In this document: positions 13,901 through 26,351 of the stretch, piece by piece
Position numbering within the stretch: position 1 is the first letter of the stretch
How the letters are laid out: each line of letters starts with the position of its first letter
Origin: Trichoplax adhaerens
Lineage: Eukaryota > Animalia > Placozoa
Reading direction: 5' to 3'
DNA: 64,000 nucleotides
Assembly: GCF_000150275.1 (NCBI RefSeq)
Contig: NW_002060948.1
Location: forward strand, 5,068,336-5,132,335
Made by a program: the position numbers and the translations under genes
The notes under the pieces: generated by a model
Databases searched by the model: none
Told to the model about the DNA's origin: nothing
Seen by the model: the letters and a program-made list of their open reading frames with translations, nothing else

Positions 13901-15257
13901 CCAACACCGCGCTTCTATCCGCTAAGGTTTCACTGCATTAGATCACTAAATTATTTAGCGCGCTCTGCGAAAACTTACATACCAGTTTCCTCATATTTAC
14001 TTGAGGTGAGATATAAGTTATGCCATCGTCTTGTTGAGAGGTATTATGAACATACTGATATTCACATTTTCAATATACACCAAAGATATTGGACACGACT
14101 GAATTAACAAAGAAGAGAATGAAGGAATCATCTGGTAAACCTATCGATTTTGTATATGCATTGAGCATGCCGAAATCAAAATTGGCCACCAAACAATTCT
14201 ATGTAAGTATAGTTGATTCTACCAATAAACTTGCCTAATGAGTTTTGCCCCTAAAGTATATTCGAAGTTACTACGGATCGAACTTGCTGGTGATACTCTT
14301 ATAATAAATTTCTTAGGATGCTACAGTGGAAAATATCTTTGAGTTGCTGTTAGACCACTATGCTGCTCATTCCTACTCTGTCGCCTTTCCTGAATTAGTT
14401 TATTTAGCTATCAGAACGGTATTCTTATCATTAACATTTTAGCTAAATACTTTCTAATTGCTTTGCTGCAAAGACTGAATTATTTAATATTTACCTTGAT
14501 ATCCTGGTTGGTAGCTGCGACAATTCCTGAAAACGAGTAGCTTCTCCCATTATCGTAGATTAATGAAACAGCTTGTTGATAAGGTAGACTTAAGACTGTA
14601 GACTGTACTCATCTTTGCAATCGTCTAATAGATAAGCTTAGTGATGAACTAATTCTCACTGTAACTTTTAGATTGAGGAAACGTCAAAAATTATTGACAG
14701 TAAACGCTCGATTGTAACTTTCGGACCTAAAGATGATCAACAGATTGTAAGTTTAAAGTGTCAAGGTAGCTCATATTGAAACATCTTGAAAACTGTTTTT
14801 AATAATGGTTTTGTCTTTTGTCGCGTATAGCAACGTTGGGAAAGTGCTTTAATGTCTACTGTAAGTCCAATAGAGAAGTATTATAAAACTTGGATTACAG
14901 CGAAAGCAGATCGAATGAAACAAAATCTGGAAAATGCAAAGGTATACGATATATTGCAGCAATAAGTAATAACCGTAATTTAACTTTGTTATCAAAAAAT
15001 TATAATGAATTAATTAGTATTCGATATACCTTGCGATCTGTACGCAGGATGAAGTAAGTGAAAACCGAAGCAAAAATTCGAGACCTAGTAAAAATGCTAA
15101 GCGTAAGAATAATAAAAAGGCAAACCAAGGCCAAGTAGATAAAAAAATTGAAAAACGTGAAAAAGACGAAAAAGACATGTCCGACGGTAGCGAAGCGTCT
15201 GTGGACGTAGATGATGAGGTAGTGGATTTGGAATTCTCTGAAGATAGTAGTGACTAA
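10936..15257 (+). CDS. NOC2L: Nucleolar complex protein 2 homolog, multi-exon. First exons 10936-11012, 11482-11595, then from 11817; last exon 15048-15257
   Basis: Peptides [99 protein letters not shown] and [10 protein letters not shown] are all Noc2-family hallmarks. Introns are GT-AG. Confidence 0.95.
11935..12040 (+). repeat. GAT/GAC-rich low-complexity stretch encoding the NOC2L acidic tract
   Basis: Encodes [24 protein letters not shown]. Confidence 0.8.
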
Positions 15258-16470
15258 AGACTTATAAATCTGTGATATGGTCCTATAAATGTCGCTTCCA
15301 CTTCCAAGTCATGGTTACAATGACATATTTACGTGTTGTCACACTAAAATGAAGTCATGTATAGTCGAATTGCCACATAAGAACATGCTAGAATTGATGT
15401 TTATTGCAAAATTTTTCCATAATTTTTTATGCTAAAACAAATGCAAATCTGTATTTTATCTCAGCACACTGTCATAATAAAGTTTTTACATTTATGATAT
15501 TGAACCAAGAGATGAATTCATAGACAACGGTGAGGAAAGTTCATTTTTCTCCTATTATAGTCGATATTTGAAACTCTCCAGCGATTTTATGGGTAGTAGT
15601 ATCACCAGCTTCGCTTTTGCAGAATAGCTGGCGATGAAAACATTTTTATTCATTACAAAATAATTGATAATAAATTAATACTGTCTAAGCGTATTTAGCG
15701 ATTTATCTTTCAATATATCATCAAGGTTAATTGATATATTCCCGCATTTAAAGCACAAACGAAGATACCGTAGAAACGTACTGTTGTTAATATTATTCAT
15801 AGTAATACCTTGCCATAATTTTAATCAACTCGTTTCTTTACTTTAGTGAGAAGGAATAGTGATAATACCTTAAAGTAGACTAACAGTCTAATACATATAG
15901 AAATAATTGTATTACCAGTTAACGATCAATCTTCTAAGAGTACTGTAAACACCTACTGTCTACAAATGCTGAATATAAGATTGATTTGCTGTAAATAGAA
16001 GAGAAAGACACTTAAGGCATAATAGCTCATAACATTAATTCATCCATATTAACTTCTTCTTTTTTATCTTCATATGATTCTGTGACTGTCACTTCATTAA
16101 CGTCAGGAGCTAAAATGGCATAAAAATTAAAGTTGTGAGATTAAAAAAAGGATCTCAAATTCTGTAATTACATTAATATCGTCAATTTTAAGAAGAATTT
16201 GCAAGAAACTTTAATGCGAAAGTACTGAAACTCTTTATGAATTACTATGTATCTCGTAGCCAGAAGATATTGCTTGTAGTAAAGATTATTTTGTGGCTCA
16301 ATCTTTGTAATGAATCTACAGTACATACATACTCATTGCCTCTACATAGCAACACTAATCGTAAAGGCATAAATATACATGCAACTGCAATTTCCGTTGA
16401 CAATATGAAGGAATAAAAAATTACTCCAATCGCGATTTTTCACAGATCAAATTTTTCCAAGCGTCAACGA

Positions 16471-16563
16471 TAGTAAAAATAAGTTTCGGCATGGTAATGC
16501 CTATTTAGCGAGTAGCATGCTCGCTCATTATACTATGCCCGACATCATCTACTTATTTTACTA
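16471..16563. mobile_element. 93-bp imperfect palindrome bounded by TA (MITE-like or structured 3' UTR element)
   Basis: tagtaaaaataagt pairs with acttattttacta; tcggcatggta with tactatgcccga; inner agcgag with ctcgct. Confidence 0.5.
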
Positions 16564-16864
16564 ATCCGAGAGGAATAGGATCGCTAGCCTTTTAAATTGG
16601 CATATCCACAATATTTTAACTCGTATATACGGCATAAATATGCCAAAATTTTGATTAAAGTAGAGCATATTAGCCCACTGCGATTCCTAAACTCACTAGA
16701 TATAACTGAAATTTATCCGTAAAGACAACCGGATTTCTAAATGATCAATACGAAGACTTGTATATGAAATCGAAGGTAATAAAATTGAATGGTATAAAGG
16801 GAATTATTCATGTAGTAAGATATGCCGAGTACGTGTTCTAGTTGGAGAATATGTGTGAATTACA

Positions 16865-18463
16865 TTATTTGACGTAGGAATAATTTACTTTACCTGGTAC
16901 TACCATCACAAGACTGCGAACACCATAATGTTCATCGGCTTTTTGCCCTAAATAGACCATGTAATAATCTAATGATTCACTTGCTGACTGTATCTGATTT
17001 TTAAAGTGACGATCAGCTCGACGTCGATTAGTTTCTGTTCCTAAACCGAATTGATAAATAATTCCAAGATGATAATGCTGTAATACATAGACGCTGTGAT
17101 TATCGAGAGCAAGTTGAAAATATTTGTTAGTTTTGTTGATTTGAAATAATCGTTTTTTGGATTCTTTGTGATATAATTTACCCATCAAGTAATAAGCATA
17201 AGGGCAAGGCATCGCTTGCTTATACAGCTTGGCTGCAATATCTTTACGATGTGTTATTTTTTTTATTAATTTTCCAATTTGACAGTAAAAAAGTGGCTCT
17301 TCATAGTGTTGTGTGGCATAAGCTAGATAATGGCAAGCCTTGACCATGTTAACATGGCATCCAATACCATTTTTATATATTAAAGCTAATGCAATCGATG
17401 CTTTAGCTAATCCATCTCCCATACGGAAATCTCGAGAAACGATAGCTCGATTTAAATAACTGATAGCAATATCATAATCACGTTCAACGCTATAGCCGCA
17501 CAAGTAGGCAACAGCTAAATCATAACATGTTCTAGCAAAGCTATAGCGGAAGGATTTTTGTAACATTTCAAAACGATTTATTATATCATTTATATCGCTA
17601 TCATCGCATAATGTGACAACATCATGTTGAGCTAACGCATGGCCATTTTTAGCTGCTAAAAGTAAATAACGCTTATGTAAAATTCTGTCTTGTTGAATGC
17701 CTTGTTTTACGTTATAAATCCATCGTGATAAATTGAAATAGCCAGAAGGTTCTTCATGATCGCCAGCTTTTTCAAAATATTCTCGTGCTCGTGTGTACTC
17801 ATCATCATTTTTCTTGTTATAATAATTGAACTTAAATGTTAGATAACCTAACTGATTGTAGATTCTTCCATAATACTGTTGTGGGCTACAATCGACTTTC
17901 TCAAAATCATATTGATTATCATCATAGTAACTGCTTGCTCTCTGATGCAATATTAAATCCGATTGGCGACATAGTGCACTATAGTAGGAATGGATTTGTT
18001 GACGCCATTCTGGAAGTTTGCTATAATTTGACCATAAGCAGCGATCGGCGTCAGAATAAGCTTCGCCTTGTGCAGCCGATGTGATATACATTCGTACTCG
18101 CAATTCGATTAATTCCCTTTTATCCATAACACAAGCATATTGACCATGATTGGCCTCATCCCGACTGCAACATAGTTGACAAATATGATATTGGGCTGAT
18201 GGATGATTTAATTTAGCTGCTTGACTATAATGGATAAATGCTTGATTGAAATCTTTTGAAACTCTTCCTAAACCAAACTGATAGATATAACCTAATTCGA
18301 AATGAGAATGGGCGTCATTACTTGCTTGAATTCTCTCCTTATACAACTGTATCATTTGATCGTATAATTCGTTGTTAATTTTTTCCCTAGTTAAATGTTT
18401 CAAAAGTTGATTAATGTCTTTCTTTTTCCCGTAATGAAGGATAGTTTTTCGTAACTCTTCCAT
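16865..18463 (-). CDS. Intronless Sel1-like repeat (SLR) protein, 532 aa
   Basis: Uninterrupted ORF with repeated SLR motifs: HFELGYIYQFGLGRVSKDFNQAFIHYSQAAKLNHPSAQYHI; CYDLAVAYLCGYSVERDYDIAISYLNRA; LALIYKNGIGCHVNMVKACHYL; YHLGIIYQFGLGTETNRRRADRHF. Confidence 0.88.
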   Translation of the reverse strand: MEELRKTILHYGKKKDINQLLKHLTREKINNELYDQMIQLYKERIQASNDAHSHFELGYIYQFGLGRVSKDFNQAFIHYSQAAKLNHPSAQYHICQLCCSRDEANHGQYACVMDKRELIELRVRMYITSAAQGEAYSDADRCLWSNYSKLPEWRQQIHSYYSALCRQSDLILHQRASSYYDDNQYDFEKVDCSPQQYYGRIYNQLGYLTFKFNYYNKKNDDEYTRAREYFEKAGDHEEPSGYFNLSRWIYNVKQGIQQDRILHKRYLLLAAKNGHALAQHDVVTLCDDSDINDIINRFEMLQKSFRYSFARTCYDLAVAYLCGYSVERDYDIAISYLNRAIVSRDFRMGDGLAKASIALALIYKNGIGCHVNMVKACHYLAYATQHYEEPLFYCQIGKLIKKITHRKDIAAKLYKQAMPCPYAYYLMGKLYHKESKKRLFQINKTNKYFQLALDNHSVYVLQHYHLGIIYQFGLGTETNRRRADRHFKNQIQSASESLDYYMVYLGQKADEHYGVRSLVMVVPGKVNYSYVK

Positions 18464-21400
18464 GGCTTAAAGGATAGACTATTTCGATGATCAAGTTGAT
18501 ATGTGCTTGATATCAGTAAACTGTGCCTGCAGTTGGGTAAGAATGGATAGTTATTGCCCTGCCCTAAGGAATGCATAGCGTATTTATGTACAAATATAAG
18601 GATTGAATGCCTAAGCAATTATTTCAGTAACAGCTGGATATTATTGATGTTGTTATTGCGTCTGGTTATTTTCAAAGAATGCCCATATGCAATTAAATGT
18701 CAGTGATATTTGACGTTTTTAAGGCCGCTAATTAAAATAATGTTAAGACAGGATTGGATCCTTAATTCATCAATCTTACTCACATAAAATAAGATTTTCT
18801 TAATTGCAGGACCTAGGTAGTAAATTCTCAATATTACTTACGACTGAGCAAGGTTATAAATTCTTGGCAAGTACAGTAATATAAATATTGTCCTACGAAT
18901 CTATAGAGAATAGAAAAAAAAGGTCTTAAGAGTAAAGATATGACGTATAATTCTCAAGCATTTATTAAGCCAAGCCCAATTAATGTACAATACTGATCCT
19001 TGAAGTCATTTCCATCATAATACTACAATATATTATAGATTAGAAAAACAGGCTGGCAATGAGTGGCTCCAACGAACCCCCTGGAAAGAATGAATTCTTA
19101 TTTTGGTGCCTTAATCGAAGAGAAACAAAAAGCATCTTCATCAGGTGACAGCCAACTATGTCTTAGTTATAATGATATATTAACCTATTGCTGATTATAG
19201 GAGAAGATAGGGATACTTGATTGTTAGGTAGAATATGCTCCCTCCCTACCTTAATTAATCATAGCGGTATTGAATCATCCATAGCTTGATGATTAAAGCG
19301 TCGGTAAGGCTTTCATATATGTCTTAGTTTCATTTTACTTACGTGTCTGCCATCAAATATAGTGGATCAAGATTGAAGTCATTCATATGCCGTATGAGAA
19401 AAGAGAAATGAAAGCAATACCGATCAATGAATCTCTTCTTTCAAGAATTTATTGGAGATTAACTGTAGTAGTACCGGAACGCCTACTTTCTAGCAGATTA
19501 GAATCATTTAACAACGCTTTTATTTCTGATAAAAGATTGATTTGAAATTTATTACGTATCCTTATAACTATGTCTGTAGTCGCTACTATACCGGCATTTA
19601 CTTCAATGTTTTTAACATCGATGCCGAAAGAACAACACGTATTTGTTTTTTTAACATATCGAGTGTTATGCAGTAGAAATAAATTGGAAGTAAGATTTTT
19701 GCTGCCATTTTAGGTCAAAAAATAGAATTTAAGAATTTATCCGCAATAGCTGCGGCTATATCAAAAGTTATTATATCTCAGTCCACAAAATTCTATGAAT
19801 ATGGCGATTAAATACTCATATGCTTTCAATTACGCATACCAATTGTCGAATAGATTATCTAATAATGACCATAAGACAAACTGGGATATATAATGTCATT
19901 TAAAAATACGATTGAAAGGAAAGCTTATTATATGTTAAAGTTAGAAGTTTATATAATTTTAATCAGTGCCACCACCACAGTACTGAAACTGTTCTAATAC
20001 CATGTTCATTTCACTGCTATGTACGCGTATACTCCATTTTCAGGGATTGTGCTACGGTCTGAAATAGTTTAGTAACACTTTGAGGTATTTTATATATTTA
20101 AATTGAATTCCATAGTTAATGTTACTGAGGGGTTGAAATTTTTCTGAAAGGTAAGATATTTCAAGTAGCTATACGATAGTGTACGGTATTATTACAAAAT
20201 CAAGATTCGAAATGCTAAAGAGCACGTCGAAGAATCTGTGGCTCAATTATCCACTTCGATATTATTTTGCCACAAGGCTCCAACTTCTAACAAGTATCTC
20301 ATCATCAAAGAACCACGTTAAATTGATGTCAGCAGCAATACTAAACCACAAATACAAATTCTATTGCATACTAGCCAGTGCATAACTTACCCATATGAAT
20401 ATTATAGTTATATAAATGATATTATAAAATATGCGATTATTAACACTGAAATATTCAAAACGGTATGGAATACGAGTATAGTAAATTAGTCATTATATAG
20501 AATTATTTAGTAACAAGTGTTCGAGGGGATGTATGCTTACGCTTAATAACAACGATTACGACATATAATAAAATGTAATCGTACAATAAGGCTATATCCG
20601 ATTTAATGTCCGGTAAAAAATTGTGTGTCATCAGCCGAATTAACCTATGATAAAATTATTACTGACACGATATTAGAACCTTAATAAATTGCGATATAGT
20701 ACTGCTTACAAGTACTTTATTGTATACTCGTATACTACTGAATACTGTATGCCACCAGAATATGAAATCTCGCTTATAAATCAGCTAAAAAATTACTTAT
20801 AGATTTAATGTACACAGCTGTAATGCAGCCCCAAATATAGCTTAGATTACTATTATAAGACCGTACGAGAATAACTTAACTTGTAAGCTAATGCTTTAAA
20901 TAGACGCGCGAATTATGAATAGATTGCGCGATGGTAAATTTAGATCTGATCTTGCGACTTAATGGGCAAGATAAGATTTGTTACAGTAAAAGCATTCTGT
21001 AACTAATCGTATATAAATCGTGAATTTTGCTGTAATAAGTAGATTGTCAGATAGTCAGATAGTCCTTGGTAGTTAGATGAACCTAACTTCTGTAATAAAG
21101 TGAAATTTGCAAAGAAACTGCAGTTCTTGATTTATTGTTTTGAAGATCACTTTATCACAACAGCAAAGCCTACTGGCTAATAACGTTTATTTAAAATATT
21201 TCTCTTTCTTTTTCCTACGTTATTATCATACATGTAATATATACCATTCATTGATCTTAACGTTACCATATCTGCCTGGCGATCATGATTAATAGCATTA
21301 CATGCAGTATTAATACTATCTCTGCTGCTTTCTGTAGTATAAATTTTAAATATAACCGAAAACTACAGCGCTTAATACAATGTCTTATATCTGCAATATT

Positions 21401-22054
21401 ATACCCGATATTATGTGATATAGAAACCGTATTTTATAGATCTTACAAGCTGACGTCGATCCTATCATGAAGTAGTCATTTAGGTATCCATGGAAACAGG
21501 TCTAATAGCTATTTCTATTTTGATGAACTTAAATTAATTCCAAATCACTTTATCGCCTTGATTATGTCATACTAGAGCGGTTATGAATTCTAATAGGCTA
21601 AGAAATGTTTATTTATTTAATATAGAATCATTGTGACTATGAAACAATGAAGATTTCCCATGATGCTCGAACAAAAATTCTTTCCTAGCTACTTTAATCT
21701 CCTGTCCGATACTAAATTACGTAATGGAATAGGGGCAGGTTAATGGTACTGTATAGTTTAAATTTTATTGAGAGTCTATTTAGAACACCAATTAATTATT
21801 CTACAAGTCTCGTGGCCTTCTTAGAATCCACTACTAACAAAAGAGTTTCCAGTAGTATTGCTACTACATGTATTACAGCGGCCTACAAATGATACAAAGC
21901 TCTGAGTCTTGATGCTTTTCGTGTATCGCACAGCATTTTCTCAGGTTTGATTTACAAGTCTTTTCCCTCTTTTTCACACATTCTTTCACTTCATTTTCAT
22001 ATTCTGTGAATAAACTCCTTGGCTCTTTATTGGATATAATAACATACGAATACT

Positions 22055-23433
22055 ATGGATCCATCACCTATTCGCCCAGTTCCAGAACATACCGCTGTGC
22101 TAATCGGTGTTGTTCATATCGTCAATAGTGTTACATCCGCTTTAATGGGGATTCTAGATTTATCATTATCCTATATTACGGACTATAACTACATTTATAT
22201 TGCAGCCCCAATATGGTCCGGAATTTTCGTAAGTAGGAAGAAATAACTTAAGTTATCTGATCCATGAGCTTTCATATTATAGAATAAGGCATAAGGGATC
22301 AGGTATCTAATCTTAAAAAGTTTCTTTTTATTTAATGAAAAGGGTTAAGGTTATTCAACTATGTATAGATGTGCCAGCTAACAAGAATTCTTGTTTAATA
22401 CCAGTATCTCATGGCCGGAATCTTTGCAATTGTGAGCCGAAAAACAAGAAACATCCATTTGGTAAATAAATAATGTAATTGATAATTTGCTTAGCGTAAG
22501 GAAAAGTAGGTATATTGCTAGCTAAATTAAATGTAATCCTATTTTCTATTGATTGATATTAGCATAGATTTGTATTAAAGCGTATAGGCTCGGTATAAAT
22601 TTTAACCAGTTGTACGATTTTATAGAAATTGATTTTAACCAATATTGAATCGATATTTTATTTCTTCTAGGTTAATAGTTTCTTCGCATTCTCGCTCTTA
22701 TCCACCGTTTGTGCTCTGACCTCCACCGTTCTTTTCACTTACGGTAGAGCGAATTCTACGCCTGATAGCTATCCAATTGCAATGGTTGGTATCCCGATTT
22801 CGGTAATAGCCTTCGTTTTTGGAATATGTGGCACTGTCATTGCAGGTTACGGAATGAATTGCGACTGCGGTGCTAATTCTTCTCAACTTACTGGCCAATT
22901 TATTTACACAAGGGACGTATTAAATCATCCTGACCAGGTAAATTAGAAAATAAACTAAGTCGAATAAAAAATAGAATATTCCAATTTCTCTAGAATTATA
23001 GTTAAGCATATAACTCCAGCAGTTCTTTATGAAATATCAAAATAACCTTGAATATTTATTTGAAAGGTTCAAGATCGTTCTAAAATATTTTATATCTACT
23101 TTATTTCAAATCAGTAGTAATATCTATAATTTTATTTCTTATTTACAGCCTATTCAAGTGGTTCATGGAGCATATCCAGTACCGACTTTGAACGTTGGAA
23201 AAGATGGCCGTATCGGTAAGTTGGCAATTTGTAACGCTATTGACTACCAAATCTAAATCCATCTAATAAGTATTGACCATCACGATCTTATTGTAGTCCA
23301 AAGTCCAATATCCTATCCTGTTGGATATGGAAATCAGCCACAAGACCTAAATCCGCCTATAATTGGACAAAACTCTTCTTCCATGCTACCTACAACTATG
23401 CATGAACCCCTATTGCCTAGCAATCAAAATTGA
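22055..23433 (+). CDS. MS4A/CD20-like four-TM protein, paralog A. Exons 22055-22228, 22405-22461, 22671-22937, 23149-23215, 23297-23433
   Basis: Four hydrophobic segments; AAPIWSGIFYLMAGIFAIVSRK motif typical of CD20-like proteins; Cys-containing end of TM4; Pro-rich tail. Splice phases are consistent. Confidence 0.75.
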
Positions 23434-25329
23434 AATCTATCTCAATAATTATGACTGCAGATTGCTTGATAATGTACTTTTCAATCATTTTAGTAGCAAC
23501 AGCAATTCCTCACAACCATTTGGTTCTAAATTGGAAATTAAATATTGTCCGTTCATATCCTAAAATATTTTATTTTATGATTTTAAAATTAGATTAAATT
23601 TATTTAATGTTTATCTGATATTTTTAATGTAAAAGAAAGAAGTAAGATATATTTTACCAGCATAAGTGCGTTATCTTGTTCATGTTTGTTCTTGCATTTG
23701 GTATATTCCGAAATTCGATTCTGCTTACAGTGCTTTTACTCAGGGATGTCATATCGGAGCAAATTCCTTTTCATAGCTCTAAGATTTTTACTGCTATATG
23801 TTGAAAGAAATTGTAAAGAAGGGTCTGCAATGTTATCATTGCTTGTATGGTGATACTCAATCTTTGTGTATGCTATTACTGAAGTCGTATATAAGTTAGG
23901 AATGTGCACTATAGCTTTATCATAAAATTAATTTAGAAGCAAAGGATAGAGTATATTAATATAGTACAGTAGCAAAAATTATAATACATGAAATTATAGT
24001 GAGATCAGGTAGTAGAATTATAAAATTCCTGTGTAATTTAATTGAGATCTTCTGTATGCGAAGATATATCTATCAAGTTATTTTTAATCTATTTCTAACT
24101 CTTATAAAGAACAATATCGTAGAATTGCATTCTAGTAGAAGTAAAATAATAAAACCGAGGTATAATTGATTTAAACCTTGATTATGTAGAGAAATATGCA
24201 TAATTCTTATTAGCCTATTCCTAAGTGTGAATAAGGAATGCTATTCCTAAATTATATTCCATTAGTAATAGAATTATAACGTGCAACATCTTCATTAAAC
24301 CATGCGACCGTAACAGCGGAATTATAAAACTATCACATATTGGGTTCAGACCATCTTTATATGAAAAAGTAATTATACTGTAAATTAGTTCCTAGTCTAC
24401 TCCTACAGTCCTTAAAAAAATAAAGTACCTGAATTGTGCTACATATGATATCAGTAAAATTATAAAATTACTGTATCATTATTTTAATCAGACTTTCTCT
24501 CTATGCCGAAATTCTTTCAATTTATTCGCGTCTATATTCACGCCTAGTATATATATATATCAATAAAGCCTGTGAATCCTATTGCACTAGCACCGGATCC
24601 TTAATTAATGTCAAGAATTGAATATATTTGATGAGGTTTTATTATATGTGTCAAAGTTAAGGTAGTATTAGTATAGTTGATGTCAATAGAATTTGAGAGT
24701 TTTAATCTTAATTTTATTCATTAATTTATATTATAGGCACATGGACCAGCTAATTAGTAACTGGCCAATTGTGAAGCAATAGGTAATAAAATCATAACTC
24801 GACTCTCGCTATTAATCAAAGTATCATGAAAGCTTGTAATTCAGACCCCATAGCAACCCTAATGGTATTTAGTCTTCGTTTGCTATTAATTGCTGCAAAT
24901 GTTAGCACTATTACCTTATTCATTATTATTACATGGCAACTTTCGTTTAGTTTCCATCATTTATGAAAAACTACAAATAAATGAGTTCTAACTCAGTGTG
25001 TTCCTACAATTGTAAGAAGGTAATTGCTGATCTAGCTAGCTGAACACATGCAGTATAATATGATTATATTACTTCGTAACTATTTATGATATCTCTGATT
25101 TCGGAATAAATTGATTTTTATTCCATTGTTGTAATTGTAATATGATGCAGTTATCCTCTTAAAATCCTTCTGTCAAGCATTTGCTAGTAAGCAAGTGTAG
25201 CCGTTACACTTTGAGACTGCGACTTAGGCGGAAGCATCTTTTGCAATCATACCAAAATTAACAAATTTTTGACCTTAGATATGAAATTGAATTGATTGCT
25301 TGATCGAAAAAAATTGATATAATAACGAA

Positions 25330-25985
25330 AGCCTATAGCTTACAGCACATTCAGCAATTTGAGATTGGCTTCAGGGTTGATCTATTTAAAAGCAGGGTTT
25401 TAAAGAAGGTCTGGTTTTGAAGCTACCACGATAGCTGAAAAAAAAAATGGTATAATTTCTAAAACCAGCAGATTAAGCCATGTGAGATTAGCTTCAGAAT
25501 TGATGTATTTAAATGTAGGATTTTTAAGAGGTTAGGGTTATAGACTTTGAAGCTATTGCGCTGTCTGAAAAGGTACATAATATAATATCTATAATCTATA
25601 GCTTACAGCACATTAAGTCACAATATCTAAAATCTATAGCTTATAGCCAATTAAGTCAATTGAGATTGGCTTTAGGGTTGATTTAAAAGGAAGATTTTAA
25701 AGAGGACCCGACTCTAACATTCTTACGGTGGCTAAAATTATAGATACACTATGGAAAACCTGTAGCTTAAAGTATACTGAATCTTTTGAGATTGGCTTTA
25801 GGCTTGATCTATTTAAAAGGAGAATTTTAAAGAGGGTCCAGCTTTAAAGTTATTGCAGTGGCTGAAAAAATAATAGAATATGGAAAACCTGTAGCTTACA
25901 GCACATTAAGTCATTTGAGATTGGCTTTAGGGTTGATCAAATTTAAAAGCAGGATTTTAAAAGACGCTCCGACTTTGAAGCTATT
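25330..25985. repeat. Diverged tandem array, unit about 125 bp, about 5 copies, upstream of paralog B
   Basis: Recurrent ctatagcttacagcacattaagtca.ttgagattggctttagggttgat...atttaaaag.aggattttaaaga...actttgaagcta. Confidence 0.85.
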
Positions 25986-26351
25986 ATCCTACTGGGCTAG
26001 CACTATTAGACTATGGCATTCTTCTAATGAATAATATTGTAATTTGCATTACTATAGTTCTTAAAATCCTGACAATAAAGCCTTAATGGAAGGCGGAAGT
26101 TTGAATTCTATACATATGGCCAGATAGAATGCTATAAAAAAGTACCAGGATTGACCGGATATGGAATTATTAGCATAGTTTATCTACGCATGCTATACTT
26201 TGCGTACTATGTGCTAGCATTAAACTGCAAGTGAATAGCAGCAACTGCTTCTCATCAGAGCGACATCATTTTTTTCCATCAGCGGTCATCTCTGCTTTCT
26301 ATCGCAACATCTCAATTTGCTTTTATTCCTAGTTGGATTGGAAAACTCATC

